DNA of 64,000 nucleotides from Dimorphilus gyrociliatus. Its lineage: Eukaryota > Animalia > Annelida. Position numbers and translations under genes: made by a program. Positions 11,890 to 25,200 of this stretch are shown here, one piece after another (positions within the stretch are counted from its first letter, which is position 1; every line of letters begins with the position of its first letter). The DNA is taken from assembly GCA_904063045.1 (NCBI GenBank), contig CAJFCJ010000005.1, positions 2,970,165-3,034,164 on the forward strand, written 5' to 3'. Below the pieces are notes generated by a model, which was given only the letters and a program-made list of their open reading frames with translations, did no database searches and had not been told where the DNA came from.

Positions 11890-14068
11890 CTAATCATCTG
11901 AAATAGTTTGCTTCGCAATAGCTAACTGGAATACAGGTACTAGGAGTTTCAGAGCGTCGCTAGCATATCGGCCACTATTGGAAGCCTAAAACAAAAGGAG
12001 AAGGGTTATATATTAATTTTAGTTTTCTTTATTTTTACCTCGAAATAGACGCTTGTTATGAACGTATTTAGGGAATCATTCTCGTCCTGATTTATGGATA
12101 ATAATTTATATTTTGAATATATATCGAAATTTATTAAATCAATGACTGACCTTGCAGGAGTTCAAATTTTTTGCGTACTGGTTAGATAGAATACCAAATT
12201 CGGTATTCATCAATTTTGAGATTCTATAATCATTAGCAACCCTTTAATATAATATTTAGTAATTTATTTAAATTAACTTACAAGGAAACGCTCTCTGCAC
12301 CGTCATTATAGGCTGAGAATTCTTCGACTTTGTTCGATGCGAGTACTTTTTGTGCCACTCGATGATAGAGAATGATTACGCGGGCTGTTAAATGGGCCAG
12401 ATTGCTGAGAGCTTGCTTATACATATCCTAGGAAAATATATATAATAATTATATATAATTGCGCAAAATGGTCCTGTAATCAGAAATGATTAGAGACGAA
12501 CCTTACTGTCGACACTTTCACCTTTAGACAATGAGATTTCGTCTTGTGAAATTCTACTTCGGAGGCTAACTTGTAACTTAAATGAAAATTTTTTTAAATT
12601 ATGCTGAAATGTCATCTCGGAGTGCTTACATCAGACAACTTGGACAATTCCTCATCAACGCTCAAATTCAAAGATTGTAGTAATGTAGCGTTCTGCCTTA
12701 ATAGTGTCACAAAATCGTGTTCTTCATCAGCCTTCTCTTCATTCTCTTCTTCATCGCCTGATAATTCGAATTTTGATGTTATAGATTCGAATTGATCGCG
12801 AAATTTCGAATTGGATAGAACTTGCAATTTCTCTAGTTGACATTCACTTTGATGGGAGAGCATTTCTAAAGCCTCCAAATTTACCAGGCCTATATATATA
12901 AATGTTACATTTATATATCAATTTTCCCATTAAACGCTGTACTAACCATTAAATTCATCAAAAAGGAAACTATAATTCATCTCTTGGTCTTCTCGAAACT
13001 TTTCCTCATGAGAGATATTATCGTCGGCAGTTTGCTTGGCTTCACGTAGAACCTTATGTACATATTTAATGGAGTGTTTCGTTGAAGGTGAATGTAATTA
13101 GGTTAAAAACCTGGGATAAGCTTATCTTGTTTTTTTGTAAAGTCGATTTTAAACCATGTTCACCTTCGGCAATTGTTTCATATGTTTTCTTGCCAATTGT
13201 TTCGAGAACATTTAAACTACCACTCACCACTGTTTTGGACTGAAGAAAATATCTTTTACATATAAGTTTAATGACTTTTAACCGATTTCTTACTGTATTC
13301 TCTAAAACATTAGTAGCTTTACCAACAGCAGATGTTATACCAGACAGACCCCACGAACCCCAGCTACCCCAGGCATTATTATCTTTCTTATCAGCCTCTT
13401 TATCATCAACGTTTGCTACTTCTTGCTTATCTTCATCTGTCACAGATGTTATGTAAGACATTAAAGGAACTTTAAAAAAAGTGTACTTACTTTTATCTCC
13501 TGTTTCCAATCTCTGAGCCAATTCCTCTGCAGGTTCTGCACCAAGGGCTGTTTCAGCTGTTTGCATAACTGTATTGAATCCATCTCCTGTTGATAGATTA
13601 TGAATTATTAACTGAAAAGTTACTAGTTTGCATAATTAAATACAAACCAACAGCACCAGTAAATGTATTGACGGTTGTTGAGGCTGTGGTAAGTAATTTA
13701 CTTTTCCATGATAGCCAACCAGTCTCTTTTTCCTTTATAAAATAGAGCATATGTAAAATTTCTCAGATAAAATTTACTAAAAAAAGACTTACTTGTTCAT
13801 TTATCTTATCGAATAGTTTTTTAACATTTTCTTTGCTTTCAGGATTATCAATGTCTTTTCCTCTGTCGATAGCTGGTTGAGGCGTAAAATCATCCTCTGC
13901 TGTAGCTTTGGCTTCTGCATTAGGTTCTTTTGGAAGTTCTTTTTCTGGTTCGGATACAGGTTTTTCAACTGCTTTAGACTTGTCCGCTATATCCTGCTTT
14001 ATGGGTTTAGATGTCTTCGATGAATCTTCATCAGCACTTTCGAAAGCTTCTTCATCACTATCCGACAT
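11890..14068 (-). CDS. FAM114A2: FAM114A (Noxp20-family) protein, multi-exon
   Basis: Starts MSDSDEEAFESADED and contains WGSWGSWG, GSLNVLETIGKKTYETIAEGEHG, EALEMLSHQSE and the C-terminal ASNSGRYASDALKLLVPVFQ. The A1 versus A2 paralog assignment is not resolvable. Confidence 0.85.
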
Positions 14069-15626
14069 TCTACCGATTATAAAAAAATATTTTGTTAATT
14101 TTATAAGCGTATCTTTGTGCAAATACAAACTTGGACACGTGGAATTCTGTTTTACGCGATTACAAAATTTGTGTACGAAATCTTTCAATAAATAGATTGT
14201 GTCATCTACGCATGCGCAATTTCTGCCTAAAATAAATGGTAACCGGTTTTCTAAACCGGTGCTTAAACGCGGTAAATCTAATTTGTTCTGTAAATGACCG
14301 GCCTTACCCAGTATACACAAATATTGATCTTGTAGACAAATCAATTGGACATCGTCTAAAAAAATTGCTCCATTCGTTTTCTTTTCCCGACCAAAAACCA
14401 ATAACTTAAAAAAATATATGTTAAGGTTAGAACTTGTTAGAAAGTATTAATCTTGGGTCTGAATCAACAGATATCTAAAAATAGGTTTATTAACATTTCT
14501 ATATAACTGGGAGAAATTTTGTTTTACATAAAAAATACCCAAAAAAAACTAAATTATATCAAAAGTTATTAAATAGGTAATTGAAAATCAAAACAAGCGC
14601 CTCTTAACAAGATTCGTTTTAGCATATTTTTTTTATATAATATAAATAACTTTATATTTATAGTAAAAATCCAATTGATTTCTATCAATTTGAAATGTAA
14701 TATCAACTGGTAAATTAATTGTAACAATAATAATTACAATAGTAGGAAAAGCAAACAGCTATTCTTACAAACTAATCTATTTTTTTAGCTTTCATTTAAA
14801 AAACTATTTCGTGAACTGAAAATAAATGAAGAAGAAAAGAGTAATGAATACTTTTCTTTAATGTATTCTTAAGTCTTATTAAATTTAAAATGAAGAAAGA
14901 AAACCCTCTCTTTTAAATGAAAGCTATTAAATAATGGAATACATTTTTTTCTAGTCTTTTATAAAAGAGCTTGTTTTTTAGAAGAAAAAAAACTAAATAT
15001 AACAACAATAACAGAAATACATTAACCCCTCTCATTGAAAGTTTGTTATGGAATTTTAAAAGGTATATAAGCCTATTACTCATTTTTTTTACATAGTTTG
15101 TTATTCTATTGTTTTTTTTGGTGGAAATAATTAATAAATTTTAATTAGATACTCTATTTATATATTTTAATAAATGATAATTACTTTTTAGAGTAAAAAA
15201 TCTCTAAGCTAAGGATGAAAAAGTAATACTTTAATTAGTCTGACATCTAAACGTAATAGAAGAATGTAACACAAAAAAACAGTTTTGTCACTTTTTCCTT
15301 ATCTATCAATTTTATTGTCCTAATTGCGTAACAAGGTCACAAAAAAATCATTAAAAAACTCATTAAGAGATTTAATAGGGAAAACTAACGCCAAAGACAT
15401 CATAGGCAAATTGAATTAGTATATATTATTAGAAAGTAGTTTATTGTGTCTGTAGGCTAATAAAGATGAATAGACCAGCAATAATCTTTTCAAATATCAC
15501 ATTTCCTGATGAAAGTTAGAGCAAGTGAAGACAAATCAAAAAAACTCTCCATTACAAAATATCCTCTCATTGTCTATTTCTTATTCTGATATCAACTGTC
15601 CTCTTTCTACTGTACCCCCCGTCCCT

Positions 15627-15632
<6 letters not shown>

Positions 15633-15660
<28 letters not shown>
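15633..15660. repeat. (TC)n microsatellite
   Basis: Perfect dinucleotide run of about 14 units. Confidence 0.95.
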
Positions 15661-15663
<3 letters not shown>

Positions 15664-17044
15664 ATCTCCTTCTTTGAATATTTCCTTATTCTTTTCTTTC
15701 TATTATTTAAAAATATAATGTTTAATAACGCATTAACATAGTTATGTAACAAAATATCATAAATATATTACACAATATTGTTTTTGTTTGTAATAATACA
15801 AGTAATCGAATTAATTATTAGACATTAGTTGAACGGTTTTTAATGTAAATTAGTTATTTTATATTGTTAAAAATAGATATAAATTATATTTTATCGTCTA
15901 TTAACGTGTTAACTAATGTTTATGTGTTTAACTTGCTGATTTAGATTTATTATTAATTGTACAAAATTCTTATAATGGGTAAATATAGCATAACATATTT
16001 ATAAATTATGCCCTTATCCAGGGGTTTCTTTTGTTGATGTAGAGAAGTAGAAATTATTTGATGGAATTACACTCGACTTAGTTAGCTTCCTTCTAAATTG
16101 TCTATAATGACTTTTACCGCAGAGTCCAGCTGAGTATTACATAATTAGTTAACGAAGTCTTGTAATTTTTTATGCGGATTGCATATGTAAAGGAAAAGGA
16201 GAATCGTTTTTCTTCGCCTCCTTTGAAATTATTTAGCACACTTTGAATGAGTATAGAAATACTGTACACATTTTACATTTGCTTTTATAATTGTGTTAAT
16301 TATATCATAGTTCATTATAAATATCAATAATTCTTTCACTTTTTAAAAGAGCATATACGTATTTTCCCATATTTTAGCTAAATAATGATTGTCTAAAATG
16401 TATTATTCAAATTATCCTAACTTTGTATTAGGCAGTTAGCTAATTAATTGTACATTAAATTTGCTAGTGCACGTAATGTTCTCATTTGTAATTAAAGACA
16501 GATTTTACTGAAATTGAAATTTATTTAAAATGGATGAAGCTTGTATGATTAGCCTAAAAGCTAACGTTATACGTTTCGCTTTTGTTCGATGCCCGTAGCA
16601 TAGGCATAATTTGTCGTCTGCTAAGTCTAAGTCAATGTTATGAAAAATATCTCGGTCGAAGTAGTTCTCTTTTTCCGGTTTTGATCGGGGTTTGAATGGC
16701 ACCCTATATTAACAAATACTACATTGAAAAGAAGTGGAACAGGGAACCATACAGAACTATTTTACACTACGGTATTAAGGAGCGCGTAGACTCACACAAA
16801 GCTACGTTTGAGACTGGGCACGATTGTAAAACAGTTGTGCGGACAAAACGAAGTCGGCAGCAAAACTGGATCGATCGACGAATTTCGTCGTGCGATGATT
16901 CATTGCTAGTATTCGGGATTATATTCATCATCCTCAATCTCAAAGAAGACAGCAACAAGCTAATCAAAGTGTAGCACTATGAATTCTTTGTAGCAAAAAT
17001 ATCGCCCCTACTGTTTGAGAACTTTCCATAAGCCAAAACAGAGG

Positions 17045-20000
17045 ATGGACGAGACAGCTCTTAACGAATTATTAGAATGTTCTGTTTGTCTAGATAGACT
17101 GAATGCTTCAAGTAAGGTTCTTCCATGTCAGCATACGTTTTGCAAACGATGTCTGGAAGAAATAGTAACGGCGAAAAAGGTGCTAAAATGCCCAGAATGC
17201 AGAACGCAAGTGGACGTGCCTATTGACGCTCTACCAACAAATATTCTTTTAGTCCGACTGTTAGAAGGTATCAAAACGTCAAAATATACACCACAAACAA
17301 CGCAACCTCAAAAGAATGGTATAAAAAACAAGAATTCCATCACCACCAAAAACGCTGCAGTAAGTAATCATATAAGCATTTTGCAGTAACATTGTAGTGG
17401 GATAGTTGATCGTACTTAACAAAAGCTTATACAGTACCCCACACCTGGTATTGCTTGGGGTTTAAATTTAAACTTTCCTTACTTAGCCTATAGGATTGTT
17501 TTTTTTTTTTGAGACTATTCACAAGTGAACCAACCTGGCCTTTAAAATTTTAGAACGGTAAAGAACGTGTTTTCTTTTACTATCAGAACAATACTCGATT
17601 TTTTATGTTCGCTAAGATTTTTATCACCATCACCTTGAAAAGGTTCGATATGAAATTTTACGGCTAACGGCTCTAAATTCTGAAATATTGATCCGTTTAA
17701 GCTCGTTCTGTAGACAAAGGATTGCCGTCTAGTAGAGGGAAAATTTTCTTTTAAAACCTTCTGTGTACGAGATCAATTGTTTGTTTGTTCAGAAAAAATA
17801 TGCTGCTTTCGGTGTTAATTGACTACTAGAAACTGTTTGATGTTGAAGAGTAAAAGGTAGCAGGGAGTAGAAGGTCACGGAAAAAATTAGTCAACTTGAA
17901 ATTTTTTTTGCAAAAGTTGAGTTCTTCTTTTGAACGGAAAAGCAGCCACAAAGCCTATAATTAATTCAGTTTAGTATTGGTTAAGTGGCCGCTATGTGAC
18001 AAGAATGAAATTGACAGAGGACATTCCTGTTTGTAATTTTATATTGCCCTTGCGTGGCATGTCTTCCATATGTCGTAGTAGAAAAAGGGATGTGGGGGGG
18101 AAAGGGTGAGAAACTGTAGCAAATGCTAGTTTGGCACGATATATTCTATGAGATTCTTAATCTTTAAATAAAAAGACAATTATTCGTTCATTGTCCAATG
18201 CTAATTTAAGTATTAGCAAACCGTTTAACTGTTACCAACAATGACGTAATTAAACTAAAGGAACCTTAATGGCCTTAAGTATAAAATTTGTATTTAACTA
18301 GGTGCACGAGAGATAGAGGTCAACAACAAGTCGGGTTAATATTATAATTTTATTAGCTAAACTATTGCACCTCTACAAAAGGAAACACCTGTTCATACGT
18401 GTGCTAGTTCAGCTAGCTATTATTTGTACAAAAGTTTTTCTTTATAAGATTGCGATAGAGACCAGTTGGATTAGGCGACAGCTAATTCCACTTAGCATTC
18501 CTCTTGCTTAATTGAGCGTTTGACAGAGATTGGAATTGGAGGAAAATAATTGCGTTGTGATCAGTAAAATAGTCTATTATCCGTGATGCACATTATCCTC
18601 AGGGAATCGCCAAATTTCCTATTTCCTGCGAGGTGGTCGCGTTTTTTATTCCGTACCCATCAAAGAATATAAAAGGCTTAGAGGATAGAAATCAAATAAA
18701 CCGTAAACAAGTTTATCGGCGCTAAGGGACCCAGGAGGATTGAAATTTCTTCTTTTTTCTGGATTTACATAGCTATCATTGCTAGCCAGATAGCCTTAAA
18801 AAAAATTCATTCACTGTACCTGTTCGTAATATTTACAGAATTACAATGTAAATACAATAGTTGTTTATAAAAAAAGCTAATTTTTTTATTTTTTAACCTA
18901 TAGGCTGCCGTCACTTCGTCTATATCAACCGGAACACCATGCGCTAGGGCATTGTACAACTATGAGGCCAAAGAAAACGGGTAAGCTGCTGATAATAAAA
19001 ACTATATAGTAGCTTTTGACACTAACAAGCCGTTGTTAGGCATTGTAACAAAATTCTGATGACGCTTAGCTCAGAAGTGGTTTATGACGATGCACTAGAG
19101 TAGTATCGTTTAGACGTTTCCGGTTCATAGACTAGGAAATATTCGCGTGCGACGGGGAATACGTTAATTTTGTGGCCAAAGATGAGACCGATAAGATGGA
19201 TTATGCAATTTATTCCGCAGTATGCTTTCGCCTTCGGAATTTTCTTTATCTCGTTCTGGACGATTGAGTGAATTGCCGAAAGCAGTAAGCACTTGAAATA
19301 TTATCGAATGGTCCAAAGTAACTCTCTTTTTCTGGCGTTAAGTGTTGAGAGAGAGAGAAGGAAGAAAATGGGAAAGAGTAGGGATTTTGATAAGGGGAGT
19401 CAATTTATTAGAGAAGCTCTGACTTTGAGACAAAAAGAGAGTGATTCTTATTAATGGCTTTAGAAAGGAGGCGCAAAGCGTGAAAAGAAATGTCGAATCA
19501 CATCTACTTAGTATTCAATCTTCGTGTTCGACCGAGCTGCAAACTATTCGCGGCAAATGATGTATTTTTTTTTCTTTCGTTATCCACTAGCTGTTTACGC
19601 GATGCTATCGCGGTTTTTGGCTAGCTTCCATCAAACATTCGCTTTTCTAGTCGGTGTTGAAAGGCATGTAAATATTTTCCCTTTCATTCATTCTTCCTTT
19701 CTAATAATTGCAGAGATTTGTCTTTCAAGAAAGGCGACCATATTATTCTCAAGAGGCAGATTGATGAGAATTGGTATCATGGTGAATTAAACGGTAAAAC
19801 CGGTTTCTTTCCCGCCACTTACGTTCAGGTGCCTATCGATAATCAATTCTTTCCCTTCTCTTATTATACACTTGCCTTTCTTATATAATCGACAGGTTAT
19901 ACAGCAGCTCGCCCCTCAGGAACCGCCTCGGGCAAAGGCTTTATATAAATTCGATACGCAGGACGAGAACGAAGATTGCATTACTTTCGAAAAGGTAAGT

Positions 20001-21814
20001 TCATCGCCATAAAAAAGTATTTGAATGAATATTAAAATAGCGCGGTATTTTCTCATCGAAGATTTCAACAATAGAGTTGATTAGCACAGGCGTAATTAGC
20101 CATTGTATTTATTCAGCGATATTTGCATAGCACTGGCTTTACCACATATAAAACTCTTTTTATAATACTTCCATACTGCTAAAATAACCCCATTTGAAAT
20201 AGCTGTATAATAGCATAGATTGAGTATGATGATGTTTGCAGTGTGCACAAAAAAAGTAGGTCAGTCTGTTGATGACACAAAGGTTGAACTTAATTCGGTA
20301 ATGCCTGCAGTTTGATTTGTGGTTAGGCGCTAAATTACCGTCAATATCTATATTTAGATAATTATATGTACGATAAATATACTGTATCTATCTTTCTTTT
20401 TTTTAAGAATTTATTGAATTTTCTTGTATTTTTCGTTTTATATTTTATTTGATAAAATTACCTTTTCACTAGGACGAAATTATTCAAGTAATTAGGAGGG
20501 TAGATGCAAATTGGGCCGAGGGAAAATTAGGCGATCGTATCGGCATATTTCCTCTGTGCTTTGTTCAGCTGAATGAAGCTGCAAGATGGCTTATAGAATA
20601 TCACGAAGTTGTCCAGAATTTGCACGCCTCTCCACCTTCCAATCATAATCAAAACGCTACTGCTTTAAGCGAGTCAATCCAATCCAATATTAGCCAGCCG
20701 AATGTTCTTTCCTGCAATCAGTCATCGTTGGTGAATTCTACGCGTTCAAACAAACGTCATTCTTGTACGACATTTCCTGCCTCATCATCCTCTCAAAGAC
20801 ATTCGGTTAATTATAGTTCAACTTGCGCTTCGCCAAAATCTTCATCGTCAGCCGTCTACGTTGCCCTATACTCATATAAACCGGCCAATGCGGACGAATT
20901 AGAATTACGTAAAGGCGAATTTTATGGCGTAATTGAACTTTGTCAGGACGGATGGTGTAGAGGTTATTGCATTCGTACGAATAAGTATGGAGTTTTTCCG
21001 GGTAACTACATTCTTCAGACCGCCCGTCAAGCCCGGCCGGCCAAGAGGTCGCAATCCAGTCCAGCTAAACATAGAAATTTCCCAAAAACGAACGCAGTAA
21101 ACGTATTGACAGAAAGTGGTGCAACTAACAGTCCCAGGACGGTCACTCATACCAGAACAATTACGAATGTTACTCAAGCGCAAAATAGGGCACTACTGAC
21201 AAATACGACTACGGCTTCCAATTGTACGTCGAGATCTTCACCTGTTTTAAGAAGATCGATGGCAGGTCAGGTTGTTTCTATAGTCTCACCTTCCCAATCG
21301 GCTACTCCAGCTGCTAAAAGTTCCTCTTCAAAGGATAAAACTGATCGATTGAATGGTTTAGTGAAGAGATTGACGAAAAAGAAAACGAAAGATGTCCGTC
21401 CGGAAAATGATAGACGGGCTTCTACTAGGTTTGATATTAACATAACAGATAAAATTCCCAGTAGTTCTATTTATTTCCTCCTTTTGGCAGCTGTTTAGAA
21501 GAGCCGCTAATTCCTATTCCTGTACCGTCCACTAGTAAAAGTGAGGATCAACCGACTCAACCAGCAAAACCAAAGGCTTTAAGAGAACGGTTAGCCTATT
21601 TCCCAATTAATCTAAAACAATACATTAATTCATTAATTTTCATAGCTATCGTTGTATTGCACCTTATCCGGCTCAAAGTGGTTACGAAGTAGAATTAAAG
21701 GTCGGTGATATAATCTACGTTCATCGTAAACAAAAAGATGGCTGGTTTAAGGGAACTTTACAAAGAACCGGAAAGTCAGGCCTGTTCCCGTCCAATTTTG
21801 TCGAAAAGTTCTAG
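17045..21814 (+). CDS. SH3RF1: SH3RF/POSH E3 ubiquitin ligase (RING + 4 SH3), 7 exons
   Basis: RING: [11 protein letters not shown]...[13 protein letters not shown]...CPECR. SH3-1 is split over exons at ~18904 and 19714-19828 ([14 protein letters not shown]|DLSFKKGD...ENWYHGE). SH3-2 is RAKALYKF...[12 protein letters not shown]3-3 is YVALYSYKP...DGWCRG, and SH3-4 is YRCIAPYP...DGWFKG...[11 protein letters not shown]. Confidence 0.93.
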
Positions 21815-22200
21815 AAATAAATGATAAAGAGTTTTTATTTTTTTATTTTCCTTTTTTCCATAGATTATACCACTGGTGCTCATTTTTATGTCAGAGCTCT
21901 TTTATATATGTGTATATAAAAGTAATAGCAGTTTGTTTTTTCACCACTCAACTGTTTGTGTCCTCATTTTTACTTGTCTGTCTATCTTCTCTCGTCAAAT
22001 AATTATAATTAGCATTAGATTCAAACATTTGTGCTGTTTTTGTATAATAAATAAGAACAGACTTGGCTGGAACAAGATTAGTTAAACAAGAGAGAAGCTA
22101 TTATTTATACTTTATTGTGTGTGTGTCTGCGTAAAATGCGTTTAATTGATATTCACAACAAGGATATATAGTTAAGTCGTTCGTATGAATACAAGATCTT

Positions 22201-25200
22201 TTACATTATCTCTGCTCTTTTCTTATTCAACACGTTCTTGATATAGTATTCGCCTGCTTTGTAGGAAGAACGAACCAGCGGTCCTGATGCTATATAAGCG
22301 AAACCCATCTCAAGTCCGACCTTTTCCCAATAGTTAAACTTTTCTGGTCTAACATATTCTTGAACTTGTAGATGACGCTTTGTAGGTTGCATATATTGAC
22401 CGAACGTGACGACATCGACGTCAATCTCTCGGAGATCTAAGAAAAGGGCGGCAATTTTTTAACAATTTATTACTCAGTGGGTCATTTTCATACCATTCAT
22501 CACGTCCAAAATCTGTTGATCCGTTTCACCAAGGCCAAGCATAAGGGACGTTTTCGTTAATATACCTTTTTGAGCTTTCTTAGCGTGCTCTAAGACCCTC
22601 ATTGATTGGTCATAATTTGCTCTAGGGTCTCTAACGTACTTTTGCAGATGTTTTACAGTCTCTAAATTATGAGCGTAAACGTCCAAGCCTGCTGAAGCAA
22701 CTAGCCCTACCAATTCCAGATTTCCACCAAAATCCGGCGTTAAGCACTCAACAAGTATATTCGGTTTACTGAGTAAGCACAATAATTGGATTATAATGTA
22801 AACACAGTTAGAGATTTCCTACTTTTTCTTAATCTCCGTAATCGTTCGAGCGAAATGTGCCGCACCACCATCGGGTAAGTCTTTATATATGAAAAAAAGA
22901 GTCTGAATGATTGAGTAAAAAGGAGGAAAGGAGAAAAAAAGTATTTTTTCACAATACCGTCTCTATCAACCGAAGTAATTACAATATAATCCAATTCCCA
23001 TTCAGCTATCGTTGCTGCAGTATTAGCTGGTTCGTTAGGATCTAAAGGCGGCGGTCGCCTGGAAGTTTTAACGGAACAAAAGCGGCAGGCTCTAGTGCAG
23101 CTTTCGCCCATAATCTGTTATAGGATATCTATTTTATTAATTCTATTTATTTGTAATGAAAACATTCATTCAAGTCTTTTTAATAGGTGGGAAACAGTGT
23201 TATTTAAGGTTTTTATTCGTTCTTCGAGATATTTAATCTTATTGATTTCTTCCGACTTTGCTATTGCCTTTATTGCTGCATGCTGTTCCAAGTTGCACGA
23301 CGATTTGATCGGTGACAGATAGATGTCATTTTCGTGCGATTTATTAGACTCATTGATTCCGCATAACTTTTTAAAGATTTTCATTACAAACGTTGTTGTG
23401 AAACAAATTAAATTTAGAGGTGGAGGGAGATAGGATTTCATACTATATTCCCGAACTAAACCCATCATTTGGGACATCCAAATTCTCTTCGAATCTTGTT
23501 GGACTTTTTCGAATGTATGGGAGAATATTGCTATGAGTAAATTTATCAATAATATGTTAACTATTATCATATAGCAAACAACCCAGGCAATAATCACATA
23601 ACTAACGTTTGAATCATAATATTTATTCATCCTCTCAATATCATTACTTAAATTTTCGACATGTAAATCACCAAATATTCTCCATAAACCTTCCTTAAAT
23701 GGTACGCTTATTGAGCTAGTAGAATTACTGTCCAACTTGGGAACGTTTCTCATCAAAGCGGCATAAGAAATGCCAAAGCTAACGACGAATATCATAAAAA
23801 TTACCAGAAAGTGCATAAGATCTCGAATAAGAACTGCAACGGCTAAAATTCTAGGACCTAAATTATGTTTAACATGCGCAAATCTAAGAAGGCGTACATA
23901 AAATAGTATAAGTGTTAAGCCGCTACAAAATCTCAACCAAAATTCCGTTGCTAAACCAACTTTTAACGTATAGGTTAACCAGAATAAGAGAAGCATGGAA
24001 AAATCTAGAATGTTCCAGGTATCTTTAAAATATTCTTTTAATTTATAAGCATGCGTTTTAACTACTAAAAGATGTATGATTCTGTTTGGCCACATTTTTG
24101 TTACATCATGTAATTCTATCTCGCTAGTAAAACCATGACAATAGGCTGTTATAATTTGTTTTAATTCTTCTGCACTTAACCCAAATACCCAAGTAATTGT
24201 TATCCATTCAATTGATGATACAGTGTCATCCAAATCAAACATGACAATATACGTATAAAAGATCAATAGGATAAGAAAAGATACGAAATCAGAGGCTAAC
24301 TTAAAGATTGGTGATGTATAAAAGGCTAAAAGCTTCTTTCTAATATTATTTTCCAAAGGATACGCATTAATCCGATTCGAGCAGGATTCACTTTTTTGTT
24401 TAATATCCGAAACATCCAAAAAATGTATAAAGAACGGTGCAAATATACAAAAAGGGAAAAAGAATAAAATCCTATTAGTCTCTTGGTTAACTCCACCCAT
24501 CCACTTACTCTGAATAAACGTCTGAACGGCTGAGTGTTCAATAAAAGATCTTAAGTCTGCGCATTCGGCAAGGCTTAAGGCACTTGTAGTCTTACTGAGG
24601 TCAAATGGAACGAAAGAAACTAAATGTTCGTATGCTTTAGTTCTACTATTCGAATATATTTCTGAAAGGGTATCGACGGCTAATTGTTCAAAAGTATTAG
24701 AGCTATGTAATAATTCCTTTGCTAAAATAGTTTCCGATAATCGTTGGCATCTTTTAGATAGCTCTTTAAATAAGATCGATGAGAGAAGAGAAGCGACGAC
24801 TGTATTAGAAGTTTTTGTAATCAAATACTTAATTAATTTCGTGTTGTGGGTGAGGATAGCGTAAATCAATAAATCCCAAACGGCCTTTTCTTCTGATTCT
24901 TTATAGTCTTCATAGGTAGCTGTATGAACAGCCTTCAAATATTTCTCACAAGTCACGGCTGGCTTGTAAATAAATTTATAAGAACTACCTAATAAACTAT
25001 GTATGATAAAACTGATCAAATAAGCCACGTTACGCTTATCACTCTTTAATAAATAGCTTGACCCTTTGTAATATTGATATAAAATTATTCCAATACCATC
25101 TAATTTCGTAAGATTGACGTATAATTCTCTATAATAAGTAGGCTCTCTCTTATTATAGCTACAATATGAAATTCTCTTGCAGAAAGTCTCATTAATGAAG

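Noticed and set aside
13763-14401. ORF-track 212 aa protein starting at 14401
   Set aside because: It is a non-ATG upstream extension of FAM114A exon 1 running through promoter DNA. The real start is the ATG at 14068.
16696-16974. 92 aa ORF upstream of SH3RF
   Set aside because: It has no recognisable domain and overlaps an antisense ORF of similar quality. At most it is a 5'UTR uORF.
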